Source of the DNA: Octopus bimaculoides
Lineage: Eukaryota
Length of the DNA stretch: 58,013 nt
Reading direction: 5' to 3'
Assembly: GCF_001194135.2 (NCBI RefSeq)
Contig: NC_068981.1
Location: forward strand, 140,464,977-140,522,989
In this document: positions 37,533 through 49,704 of the stretch, piece after piece
Position numbering within the stretch: the stretch's first letter is position 1
Layout of the letters: each line of letters opens with the position of its first letter
Notes under the pieces: generated by a model
Databases searched by the model: none
Told to the model about the DNA's origin: nothing
The model's input: only the letters and a program-made list of their open reading frames with translations
Made by a program: the position numbers and the translations under genes

Positions 37533-37607
37533 CATTCCCTTGGAAATTTTTCCGTAATAGTGGTTTGGATTTTAGCTGTTCCATGGAGCTAAAATATATA
37601 TATATAT

Positions 37608-37707
37608 GTGAAGTATATTTGCCACTTAAAGGTGGCTGACCCTTAAGGGTGGATGTTACTGTTGCTTTTAGCCCCAGGAGAACATTTAAGTGGCAAATAT
37701 ACTTCAC
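37608..37707. mobile_element. 100-bp MITE-like element with perfect 23-bp inverted repeats
   Basis: gtgaagtatatttgccacttaaa (37608-37630) and tttaagtggcaaatatacttcac (37685-37707). Confidence 0.75.
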
Positions 37708-37853
37708 CTTGTCGTGCAGTTACTGTTAATACTTCGCTCAGAGATTTAACATTGCTTGTTTTCACTTTTTCGAGATCAGTGAATAAATTCACTGGAAAAA
37801 TTATATATATATTTGCAAAGGAATGGCTTTCGCATCGAAGGTCGGTGGTTGTC

Positions 37854-37896
37854 GTACGCTGAGGACAGGTAAATACCCAGAAACTCGAGTCCGTAC
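37854..37896 (+). ncRNA. Near-intact minimal type I hammerhead ribozyme, predicted cleavage after C37891
   Basis: Stem I guacg/cguac (5/5), core CUGAGGA, stem II ggu/acc with mismatched closing pairs, GAAA, 8-nt palindrome ACUCGAGU and a GUC triplet. Confidence 0.75.
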
Positions 37897-38294
37897 ATAT
37901 CGCAGATCGAGATGGGAAGGATGATTTACCTTTTCAAATATAGACGGGACANNNNNNNNNNNNNNNNNNNNNNNNNNNNNNNNNNNNNNNNNNNNNNNNN
38001 NNNNNNNNNNNNNNNNNNNNNNNNNNNNNNNNNNNNNNNNNNNNNNNNNNNNNNNNNNNNNNNNNNNNNNNNNNNNNNNNNNNNNNNNNNNNNNNNNNNN
38101 NNNNNNNNNNNNNNNNNNNNNNNNNNNNNNNNNNNNNNNNNNNNNNNNNNNNNNNNNNNNNNNNNNNNNNNNNNNNNNNNNNNNNNNNNNNNNNNNNNNN
38201 NNNNNNNNNNNNNNNNNNNNNNNNNNNNNNNNNNNNNNNNNNNNNNNNNNNNNNNNNNNNNNNNNNNNNNNNNNNNNNNNNNNNNNNNNNNNNN

Positions 38295-38330
<36 letters not shown>

Positions 38331-38657
38331 AAAGAGATGAAAATATTACAAAGCACTTCTCTTTTATTTCGATATTTTTCGCCTCGACCATCTACAGAAG
38401 CTATGTGATACGTATTGAGTACAAAAATGCTGCGATCGAGAATAAATATGTTATATTATATATTTAAGCAAAATCTTAAATATTTAATATAATATTATTG
38501 CAGATGTTTTAGTTGATATATGGTATCATTTAGTTGCACAAAGCAATGTATTCTTTTTATTAGAAAAATATATGAATTGCATCTAATGTGAGATATAATA
38601 TAACTATTATATCTCACATTACTTAAGTTTCATAAATAAATACATAAGTATAGTATA

Positions 38658-39525
38658 TGAGGTGCGATCAATAAATATCCAGGCTGTTGCCACAGTTACG
38701 AAGCTAAAGCACGCCGAGTAAAGCCACTTAGAACAGATTGACCTTGAACTCTATTTTGCATGTGCACTAAGTTTTAACATTCTAACTCACGCTCTTTACA
38801 GCAGTTCTTGGAAGGAACGTATGTAGCGTGTGATCCTCTGCATTAACCATGGCAGTAAAAGTTGCCATGGTGATACCTGTTCAGATGCCTACGCAAAGTT
38901 GCAGAGAGTGTATAGAGAGGAGTGTATGAACCGCACACATCTCTCAGACGTTTCCCAGATTACAGAAAAATGTTGATACTAACGAATGTTCTGGGACACC
39001 CGTAACCAGCAGGACTGATAAAATGTGCATCCAGCTGTGAGTGGAAATCGTTGAATCACAATTTGTGAGTTATCAGAGGATGCGCAGATTAGTTATGGTT
39101 CAGTTCAGTCCATTATCACTGCAGATTTAGGCATGAGTCGCGTGCCTGCCAAATTTGTGCCAAAACTGCTTTCAGCTGACAAAAGCGACACTCGGGTTTC
39201 AGTTGCACTCGGGTTTCAGTTCTCCTTGATTATGTCGCGAACGATAGAAACTGTTTGAAAACTTTGCGTAGGCCTCTGAGGAGGTATCCCCAAGCTTTTG
39301 CCAAAATTTGATGCCGATTCACTGCTCAACTTTCTCTATTATGTTTAATGCATCGATCACACGCTACACATCTTCATGCCAAGCACTGCTGCAAACAGCA
39401 GAAATGAGCCAGAATTTTACAATTTAGGGCAAATGCACAACTTTGTTCGATGTCAATCTGTGCCAAGTGGCTTTACTAGAGGAGCAGTACGGGTACTTAT
39501 AATCAGAGCACGCAGATTAACTAGA
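38658..39525. mobile_element. Mariner-derived foldback: two converging 5' ends
   Basis: Left arm has TIR tgaggtgcgatcaataaatatcc after TA, plus remnants AYAKLQRVY and LGMSRVPAKFVPKLLS. Region 39260-39490 is a diverged inverted copy of 38720-38910 and encodes the KVEQ*IGIKF..KLGDT..EAYAK N-terminus on the minus strand. Confidence 0.8.
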
Positions 39526-40604
39526 ATACCTGGAATTTTTCTATGGATTCAGTTGCACCACGTAAATACAGTGAGTGCAGCGATTGCTTTATTGGGCGTA
39601 CGTTTGGTACATATGTACCACTGTTACATATGCTGTAGGATGTCTAGGATGCTGAACTAATTACTTGGGACTTTAACACGAACTCGTTCAGGTTAGAAAA
39701 ATGATTGAGGAAGATTCATAGATGTTTTTATCATCCACCTAATACACTTTGCAAGCAGTGCATGGTAAACTATAAAGTTTCGTCTCAGTTGCTCATGTAG
39801 ATATGCACCATCTCGGTCTTCTTACCATTTGCCCAGCGGAAAAACGAAGATGTGATATCTATAGAAAGAGAGCGATTCGCCAGCACAAGGGCGGCATCTA
39901 TTTCCAGCTAAAAAGACTGTACCAACGTGAAATAATGCAACTTGATCAATGGTACAAATTACAAATATATCCTGAAATAAAGCTGAAAGTGTTTCACTTA
40001 ATAGCAGAATTACTCTAACATCTAGACTAAGAAACACAGACAGAGATATTCTGAAGCAATAAAGGGACGAGAACTGTTATTTTGGATTCTCCAGTTTTAA
40101 TGTGAATAATTGCCAATAGCTCCTCACGTGGATAACAAAAATAAGAACGGTCACCTTCATTTTAGAATGAAGTTCGGTTAACAGATAATTAGCATTCAAA
40201 TATTTATGAGAGTATTCTTTTCTGTTCGAACAAAACACTGGAGGTTTAAGTATGTTAGATAAGCTCATCGACTTGCATGATATGTGCTTAAAGCAGGAAA
40301 GCACTTACGGACACGCAGAAGCAACAACAACACAATGACTGGTTGCGGTGCCACCCAAAAAAAGTATTAAGAAATTTCTGTAGACAAAATTTAACTCGAA
40401 ATAAATGTGTGGATATTATTGAAATTCACCTTGACATGGACTTTCAATATCCAACCAGAGTCATTATCAGCACTTTGCTATCTTTCTTATATAAGTTTTC
40501 CCTATAAAACTACTCAGTTCTATTTTATTACGACCGATCAATTTCCATTTCTTTTCATACTACAATCCACTTTTTATTAATTTCAAAAAGAAAAAAAAAA
40601 CATA

Positions 40605-40764
40605 GGCGCAGAAGTGACTGTGGTAAGTAGCTTGCTAACCAACCACATGGTTCTGGCTTCAGTCCCACTGCATGGAAGTCTGGGAAAGTGTCTTTTACAA
40701 TAGCCTCAGGCCGACCAAAGCCTTGTTAGTGGATTTAGTAGACGGAAACTGAAAATAGCCCGTC

Positions 40765-40796
<32 letters not shown>

Positions 40797-41225
40797 NNNN
40801 NNNNNNNNNNNNNNNNNNNNNNNNNNNNNNNNNNNNNNNNNNNNNNNNNNNNNNNNNNNNNNNNNNNNNNNNNNNNNNNNNNNNNNNNNNNNNNNNNNNN
40901 NNNNNNNNNNNNNNNNNNNNNNNNNNNNNNNNNNNNNNNNNNNNNNNNNNNNNNNNNNNNNNNNNTGTGTGTGTGTGTGTGTATGTGTGTGTGTGTGTGC
41001 GTGCGTGTGTGCATGCGTGTACGTGTGTGTGTGTGTGTGTTTGTCCCATACCATCATTTGACAACCGAAGTTGGTGTGTTTACGTCCCCGCAACTTAGCG
41101 TTTCGGTAAAAGAAAACGATAGAATAAGTACTAGACTTACAAAAATAAGTCCTGGGGTCGATTTGATCGACTAAAAGCGGTGCTCCAGCATGGCTGCAGT
41201 CAAATGACTAAAACTAATAAAATAA
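40605..41225 (+). mobile_element. Full-length SINE family A with an internal (TA)n/(TG)n tract spanning a gap
   Basis: Head ggcgcagaagtgactgtggtaagtagcttgct..., centre ggaaactgaaaatagcccgtcg(TA)n, tail ...gcggtgctccagcatggctgcagtc and an A-rich end. Confidence 0.88.
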
Positions 41226-43694
41226 AATTTAAAAAAAAAATGTATTTCAATAAGGTAAGATTACAATTATAATAAATAACTATACATATATACATTAGTC
41301 AGTGAAATGGAAAATACGAAGCAACATTTGGACAATAAAAAATCACGTCCACTAATAACATATATTGCAGGTTATATATAGACAAACATTCCCGTGAGAA
41401 CAATGAGAAAATGTTGAATACATTTGTTTTGATCTTACATCAATTAAATATAGATCGAAGAGTGATTTTATAGGTCTTGAGTTTTAATCTACAGCTAATA
41501 GGCTAAAATATAGTTTCCTATCGTACACGAGTGTTTCAGTAATTTAATTACAATATTTAGACAAAATTAATATTAGCGTTTCTAAGATATCTCTACTTAC
41601 TATTTCCTACTACTGGAACATAATCAATCGTTTATTTTCCTACCATATTTCATCTACAAAGTTGAGTGTAATTCTGTTTATTATCAGTATCTTTATGTTC
41701 AGTTAAATGTAGATAACTGAAACGGGTAATTATTTAATATAACACATGTGATAGCGACAAGAAATTTAATTATTATTTTCAGGCCAAATGCAATTAATAT
41801 TTTTCAGTCAAAGGTTACTATTAGAAATACGCTCTTCCCGTTTGTCTCTCAAACCCTTCATCTATGTCGAAAGATCTTCAACAAACTTATATTCGATGTC
41901 TGTATGACAGTCAACATTTTACGAATCTGTGTTTCGGCAATCAAATGAACTATGTTCCACTCAGCTAATATTTGAACTAAGTCGGTGAATGTTTCTTCTG
42001 ATGCATCATTTGCTACCACTACTAATGTAAAAACTCTCCTAGTTTGTATGCAGTTTGTATGTATCCCTCTGCGAGCAGTACATGAAACAAATTTAGATTT
42101 TTTTTTTTATATATCAAGTAAACGGATGGAAGATATGGAGGATATAGTTCTTTATACCCTTAAATGATACTTGCTCATAAAATATCAGAAGCAAACTAAC
42201 TTGCAACAATCATATTTCAAGTCCTGAGTTAGAATAAAAGATTTTGGTATTGAAGAAACACTGAGAAGAAGACAGAAAAGCGAATGACAGTAACAACGAA
42301 TAAATTGAGTGGAAATATGTGAGAGAATTTTGTCGCAGTTAATCTACTGAAAAACCTATTTACTTAATCTCATTGATTCATCGTTGTGTCTATTAATAGC
42401 TTGACTAGTCAAATTGAGCCCACTAGAAGAAATGCGAATCAGACAAAAATAAGAAAAAACAATATTAGAATGTATATTCAAAAATAATCCCACAATTAAT
42501 TAAAGCTTTGCGTGATAGGGATTTTCTACACAATCACTGGACATGATAATTATAGCAGACGGTTACCCAGCATGCCCACACCACACCCAGTCGTACAAAA
42601 AGTACAGAATGCTGGACAATGGTTTAAAAAATATAAGCATGTCCATACATCATTTTACACTGTCCTGACATATGAACAGAGAACGAGCTCCTCTGATATC
42701 AACAACACAAACAACAAAAAGAACCATTAATGACAAACTGCGATTTTAATATATTTCGCTTCAGGTATAATTCAAATATTTACTGGATTCTGTTAGTAGG
42801 ATGGTTTGACGAATCCAGTTATTGGTGGCGTCCTTTGCAAAACTTCACGCGTAGCTTCTTTTTGCAAGAAAGGGTAAACTGTTTTAGTGGATATAGCGTT
42901 GAGTGAACGCGTTACGAATGCTTTAAGAAAGAGCTATATCTTAGTAAACGAGCCTGCATCAAATTCTTCAGTTTCTGGTTTATGTCACAATTGAAAGTAA
43001 ATAGGTGGGTGAGACTAGCGAATCTCCAGAAACTTCACAAACGACTGTAACTGCATTCAACCGAAAGATTACAGTCATAAGAGTGCAAATATTAGGGTGC
43101 AAAAATCTTCTGAATACAGATATGCCCTGATTGTTTTTAAACACTGTTTTCAAGCCGTTATGATTACTTCGTTAGTTTATTTGGTATTCAAATTTTGAAC
43201 TTGTTTCTCACAGTCACCTTTTAATCCAGCCGTTGATATTCCTTATGTTCATATGTGTTTCTTTGTGATATACTTTGAATTATATTAGAGACCCTTGTGG
43301 CTGATAAAGAAATTATTATACATAGTTGTTACAAAACTCGTCTTTGACGCCGTCGTGATCTATGGAGACAAGAAATTTTGCGTAGACAGTACTGCCTAAT
43401 ATTCATCGAAGCGCTTTACATCTATGGTAAAACAGCTTCCATTTCTGCTGTATAAAGATAAGATGTATTAATAGGCCTTCTTTATATCACAGATTTAATA
43501 TTCTACAGTGAGACAAATAACCAGTCAGAAAGTAATATCTACGTGCTTATAAATATATATAAATCTATATTCATACCCCAGCACACGAATATACGCACAA
43601 CCACAAGCATACGCGAACATATATGTACGCATGTATGCATATATGTATGTATATATACACTAGGAATACCACTGTTTATATTAACCTAGTGCAT

Positions 43695-43696
<2 letters not shown>

Positions 43697-43760
<64 letters not shown>
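43697..43760. repeat. (TA)n microsatellite
   Basis: Direct inspection. Confidence 0.95.
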
Positions 43761-43773
<13 letters not shown>

Positions 43774-45235
43774 GTATGCACATATATATGTATATATATG
43801 TATGTGTACGTATGCTTATACATAAATAGATATACGTTTATAACATGGAATTCTAGGTTGTGTATATGAATATGGTATGTAAATAAGTGAACACACAAAG
43901 AAACTTCCTTCATACCCACACTCGCACATATATGTGGGTGGCTGTATGTGTATGTGTTTGTGTGCGGGTGTGTGTGCTTGTGTTTATAACAGCTAAATAT
44001 ACATTTATGTATTTGTGATTGCGGGCATGTGTAAATAAGTGATGAGTAAATCTTAATATTTGTATATGCGGTAAATTTATCGTGCATTCATCATGACAGC
44101 ACAACCTATGAATATTTCTGTGTATATTCAACTGAAATACATAAAATATATCTCTCAGACTTCATTGGTATTTTGTGTAAATAAATATTTTAGTAGCTAA
44201 GTTTTCTACGTCAATAACAACAACTATATGAATAAACATATTTTATCCTGAAAATGTATTATTAGGTATTCCTAGGCATTTTAGCTGCGCAAACAAGTGA
44301 ATTTATTTATACAAATGCTTCTAACTGATAAACTTATACAACATAGAAAAAGAAATATAATTAAATATTGATTTCAATACTAAGTGTATGCTACAAGTTT
44401 CTCTGACATTGGAGCTGTTTGTGTCGGGCAACGAATATTAAGAAATAACGGGACATTTCTTATGATGAATATGGATACCAGCAGTAGGTACTTCCTACCC
44501 AGTATGTGAGGCATCATCCATCCGGAAATCTCCAGAATAATATTGCTGTTTTTCTGTCTATCATTTAGGAAAATGTTACTATATGTTTGGCATTGAGGAG
44601 GTTGTATTCCTATAGCGTTACCCTGCTGATTACCTATACATAACAAGCATGAGTATATATTATTGAACAAACAAAATTTCCTCTCAAATTCAAGAATCAT
44701 TCGGACTAAACTCCCATTCAACAAGGCCGTATTTATAGCATACGTTTATTGATTTCTTACTGAAAAATATCGCTAAATGTTGTGGGAATAGATGGTATGA
44801 TTTAATCGACTCCAGTGCATTGCGAATTTGTATAGAAAAGTAGACAAGACAAATATATTTCTAATTTTTCCCAAAAGAATTAAAAGCAATTGTGATTCTT
44901 ATTCATTGAAATTCAGAGCATACATAGAATATATTCATTACTATCAAATATTTTGTCTGACTGTCTACCATTTATGTTGCTTGAAAACTCGGAATCAATT
45001 AATGTTGGTAGAAATATTCGCGAGTTTAATGAAAAGCGAATATAAGGAAGAGTACGTGAATTAGGTTAAAAACCATGAGTTCCACGAAACTACAATAATT
45101 CATTACAATTTGAAATATTTAAGCTGGCTAATGCAACCAACATCCCTAATGTGTATGAAAACTCATACATATATATGTATGCAAGCGTGTGTATGTATGT
45201 CTGTAGGAATGTATATGTGTATACGTGTACATGGG

Positions 45236-45252
45236 TGTGTGTGTGTGTGTAT

Positions 45253-45337
<85 letters not shown>

Positions 45338-45345
45338 CGTGTGTT
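45236..45345. repeat. (TG)n microsatellite
   Basis: Direct inspection. Confidence 0.95.
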
Positions 45346-47374
45346 TGTGTCTACGTGTGTCCGAATTATTTACTCTTCCAATTTGCACCTCTTTGCTTGG
45401 CAAATGTTCAAAAACGTCTTTGAATAACCTTTGACCACTTTTACTTATGTGTTTCTCTTAATTCATCTTACGCTTCTGTTGCTCTTCAAATGTGTACAGC
45501 TACCGATAACTCTTTTATTGTCTGTGGAGTAGAATCGAAATCGTGTATGTCACTCACACCAGTCGGAATCCCTCGTCCTCAATAGCTTCCGTATTTAGAA
45601 ATTTCTTCCTAGTTGATCTCTTTTCAGCCCGAGTTTACCCAGGTATATGTCAAAAGAGTTTAAATACTAAAATATCTGCGAGAATTTATAAATTCTGTTG
45701 CATATATTACTGATATAAACTCTGATACAGTAAGCAACTAATGTATACATCAATACTAAAGCTACCCGTTACTAAACTGAAATTGCCTCAGCAGCTATTA
45801 TACTGTACGTTTTCTGTGTATGATTGGCTACCCACCAGACATTTTATAGTGTCAAAATTATATAAAGCTATGAGAAACAATTGAATCAATTAGTATCCCT
45901 GAGTTCCACCGCTCACTCACCTGCAATTGCGATGAGTGAAATGGCGATGTGTACCCTGAGTATAATACTTCACATATATCGCAGAAATAAAAGCCAGAAC
46001 TCCGAATTCACAAAGTGGTTTAGGTTGTTACAGTACATATGGAGATCATGTACACGACATGTGGAATAAATTACCAACTTTTTCAACTGAGCAGCTTTAA
46101 GTAACAATACTTTGTGAGAATTGCATAAAAGGAAAGTTATGATTTTGTGTTGGAAAGCGATGCCTACAGTTTCTCGGTGTCTGATTAGGCGCCATTATAT
46201 CATATTTAAATTCTCCAATGATTATCTCTGAAAAAACTCGCAACAAATATGTCGTAGCCAATTGCATGTATTAACTTCATACATGTTACTGCTAATTTAA
46301 TTGAGATATTGGGGTTCTTACATATGATATTCATGTGATAATCGGCGAAGAACTGGCCTTTAGCAAAGTTTTTGAACATTGATTTTGAATGCACAGTACT
46401 TTGCGATCTTCTTATATTCCTGAATTAGTAAATGTAGAATATTTAATTAATAATTCACCGAAATACCAACCGGAAAAAGCAGTCAAAGTTTGAAGCAGTA
46501 TCATTATAGTAATGTATACTGGAGACACATCTCAACGGTTTTGCATCCTCTGAAACCTAATCATGTAAAATGATTTCCTACAAGAAATTTGGCTAGAAAT
46601 CAAGTTTAGTGTAACCCTTTGTTATGAACTTTATACATTGGAATCAAAAGCGATATTGCTGAGACAAGAGTATCGCCACATCTGGTCATATCCAGGTAGC
46701 ATCTAAACTATTTGCTACCATTTTCAACATCTAAACACAGGGACAATATTACAGAAACATCCTCGGTTAGATGCTGGAGAATAAATTACAAATTGTTATG
46801 AATGGATGAATATATATAAAAAAAAAAAATTTAATTCACTGATTTGGCAATTGTCAGCTACCGAATGAGTTTACTGAATATAATCCCAGTATAATGCCAA
46901 TTTTTCAACAGAAGATTCTATTAATCTAATTCTTTAGTGAAACGCACTAGGAATATGACAAGGGTTTCTATTCAGTAAAATATATCATGGTAACGAAACC
47001 TTATGCATTTTCTACGTGGATTAGTGTAACTTCTAAAGAAACTTTGTTCAGGAAGTTTCTATAAGTGCAAAGAGGATCACAGCAGTTTCTTGATTAACAG
47101 ATTATATTTTCTCATATTCAAATATTGCACGGGTAGCTATTCACTTATTGAAGAGAAAAACACACATTGCGTTTCTCTACGGTAACAATAGACATCATAA
47201 TAAAGCAAATGCATTTTAAAAAATAAAATATAATGAGCGAATTAAAAACTCCATTCAGCAATAATGTAATCGATTCAGAACGAACTCCATTCAAGAAAGG
47301 CAGGTTTTGTAATCTATGTTTTCTTCTTCTACCTCACGTCCCACTATAGTTTTCATCTTCTACTCTTTCCACAG

Positions 47375-47520
47375 CTTTCATTAAAACTTTTTCAAGCACA
47401 GTCACTCCAGTCAATACAACTGCTCATGGAATCCAGTTTACCGACGTCTCTGCACTCTGTTATTGGCCAGCTACCAAGTGGTTCGAAATGGCCGGTTCTC
47501 ATTCCAATACATGTCTGTAA
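47375..47520 (+). CDS. Candidate terminal exon of an unidentified host gene (phase 1)
   Basis: A strong polypyrimidine acceptor (ttttcatcttctactctttccacag) precedes the open frame xFIKTFSSTVTPVNTTAHGIQFTDVSALCYWPATKWFEMAGSHSNTCL*. I recognise no homologue. Confidence 0.25.
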
Positions 47521-48141
47521 ACTAGGTATACACATAAATTTAAACAGATTTAGGGATATACTAAGCCATCTTTTGGACAAATATATTCTCTCTATTGAAG
47601 GAATTTTTCTCAGATATGTGAACCAACATATATACGAGAACATGTTGACTTGAAATTACCTTTTACTTCACCTAGTAATAAAATAGTGGATTTGCTGTGG
47701 CTTAAAGATTTTAGGCAGGTAAAATAGTGCCACTCTTACATCACTCCCTTCTAAAATTTTAGGCGTAAGACATGACATGTTTTGTTGTGTCTTCTCGCTG
47801 GCGCTTTCCTAAACATTATCTAGAATTATTAGTACCGAAATACAACACTAATAATTCTAGATACAATATTTGGTAACAAAATGGGTTATTCTGGATTGTC
47901 CTTTCCGTTAATGGTTCTACACATATTTCCCTCTTACGGTGATGCACTCTCAAAACCCATACGCGCACACAGATATGTGCGTACAACCATATACACGCGT
48001 GTCACACATACTACAATACACAAATGACTATACGGATCTTCGCGGACTTCCCATGTATATATAGTAATAAATGAATTTCGAATGTATGATACAATTTGGT
48101 AGCCAATACCCGGAGAGGAGCTTTGGAAAGCATACAAAAAT

Positions 48142-48244
<103 letters not shown>

Positions 48245-48705
48245 ACGTATGTATATACACACATACATACATATATATATATATATGAGAGAGTTTTGTA
48301 AACTACCCTTTTCTAAACTTCGCTTGCAAAGCTTTGGGCTCGAGTGGCAATCGTAAATTATTGTTCAGCCATCATACAATATCACCATCAAAGACAATCC
48401 ACGCGATCGTGAAGGGAATTCTTTGACAAGAGATTCATGCATGGCCCTCATTCTTCCACATTCTCTCTTTTTACTTCTCTCTCTCTCTCTCTCTATTCCA
48501 GAAGATATAGATGTGTGTGTGTATTTTTTTATATTTTTGTGTACATTTAATATAACTTCATAAATTATTTATCAGTGAAAGGATATAGTATACAGAATTA
48601 CTGGGAGAACGTGTGAAGTGGCTAATGAAGATTTGCTTTCATTCCCAAGATTATGTGAGTTAGATTATATTTATGTAGATTTTAGTTGATATGCATCCAT
48701 TAGCA

Positions 48706-48985
48706 AAGGTCCGTATCGTAATGGTTGGCGTAATCGGCCCAGGATCGTAAGGTCTTGTGTTCGATTCCTGGGGGCGCGTTAAGTCCTTGAGCAATACACT
48801 TTATTTCATGTTTCTGCAGTCCACTCAGCATGCAAAAATGAGGACCGGTCTTGTAACATTCTTCGTCACGCCGAATCTCCCTAAGAACTACGTTAAGTGT
48901 CCGTATGTCTGTGGAGTGCGCAGTCGTTTGCACATTAATTTCACGAGTAGCTTGATTCTGGAACCCGCATCATCGCAACCAGTGA
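48706..48985 (+). mobile_element. Degenerate tRNA-derived SINE sharing its 3' domain with family D
   Basis: cgtaatggttggcg...gtgttcgattcc, ttgagcaatacactttatttc, then gtctgtggagtgcgcagtcgtttgcacattaatttcacgag as in 36187-36340 (minus strand). Confidence 0.78.
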
Positions 48986-49252
48986 AGTACCAGTTACATC
49001 CACTGACTTGATGCCTGCAAAATAGAAATTTTGTAAGATATAATGCTCTACAGGGGTAAAGAAAAAAATGTATAAATATTATTAACATGTGAGTTAATAC
49101 GATTATCGAAATGAAGGTCAATATGTACACCATCCATTCGATAACGACCGACATAAAATGATAAATAAAAATTTTACTTCTACACCAAATCCAGGGAAAA
49201 ATAGCAAGACATTCTTCTGCAATAAGGATTTTATCAAATACTATTTGCTGAT

Positions 49253-49530
49253 ATTTACCCTGCGCGCGTAAGCGAAAGCAAGGTGTTGTAATCACTCGTC
49301 TTTGTGTTTGCAAAGTTACTGGAATATGGCTGAACAGATTTTTTACCAAATTTGGCAGCAATACTCACTTGGTAAGCGGCTCAAAATGATAGGACTTTGG
49401 TATGGCTATCTTCAAAACTGGTGGACGGGTGAACCGAAATGATTTGACTGTGCAGACTTTTTGCTAAACAATTTGTTCACGCAGTTTATGAATCGTTTTG
49501 GCATGTTCTCCAGCGCACGTATCTATTACT
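49253..49530 (+). mobile_element. Possible non-autonomous Helentron-type (HINE/DINE-like) relic
   Basis: T-rich start with an imperfect hairpin (cctgcgcgcgtaagcgaaagcaagg), then the ...gaacagattttttaccaaatttgg motif typical of such elements. The 3' end is unclear. Confidence 0.4.
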
Positions 49531-49595
49531 TGCACATAAAGACATGTACTATTTATCTCTCACCAGATGGAATACATTTTGTTGATCTTACTGTA

Positions 49596-49638
<43 letters not shown>

Positions 49639-49670
49639 CACATGAATAATATATAAGTATACGCATATAT

Positions 49671-49704
<34 letters not shown>

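Noticed and set aside
42512-42730. Mariner-like HDN remnant
   Set aside because: Similarity is limited to a few residues, with no TIR or YSPD motif.
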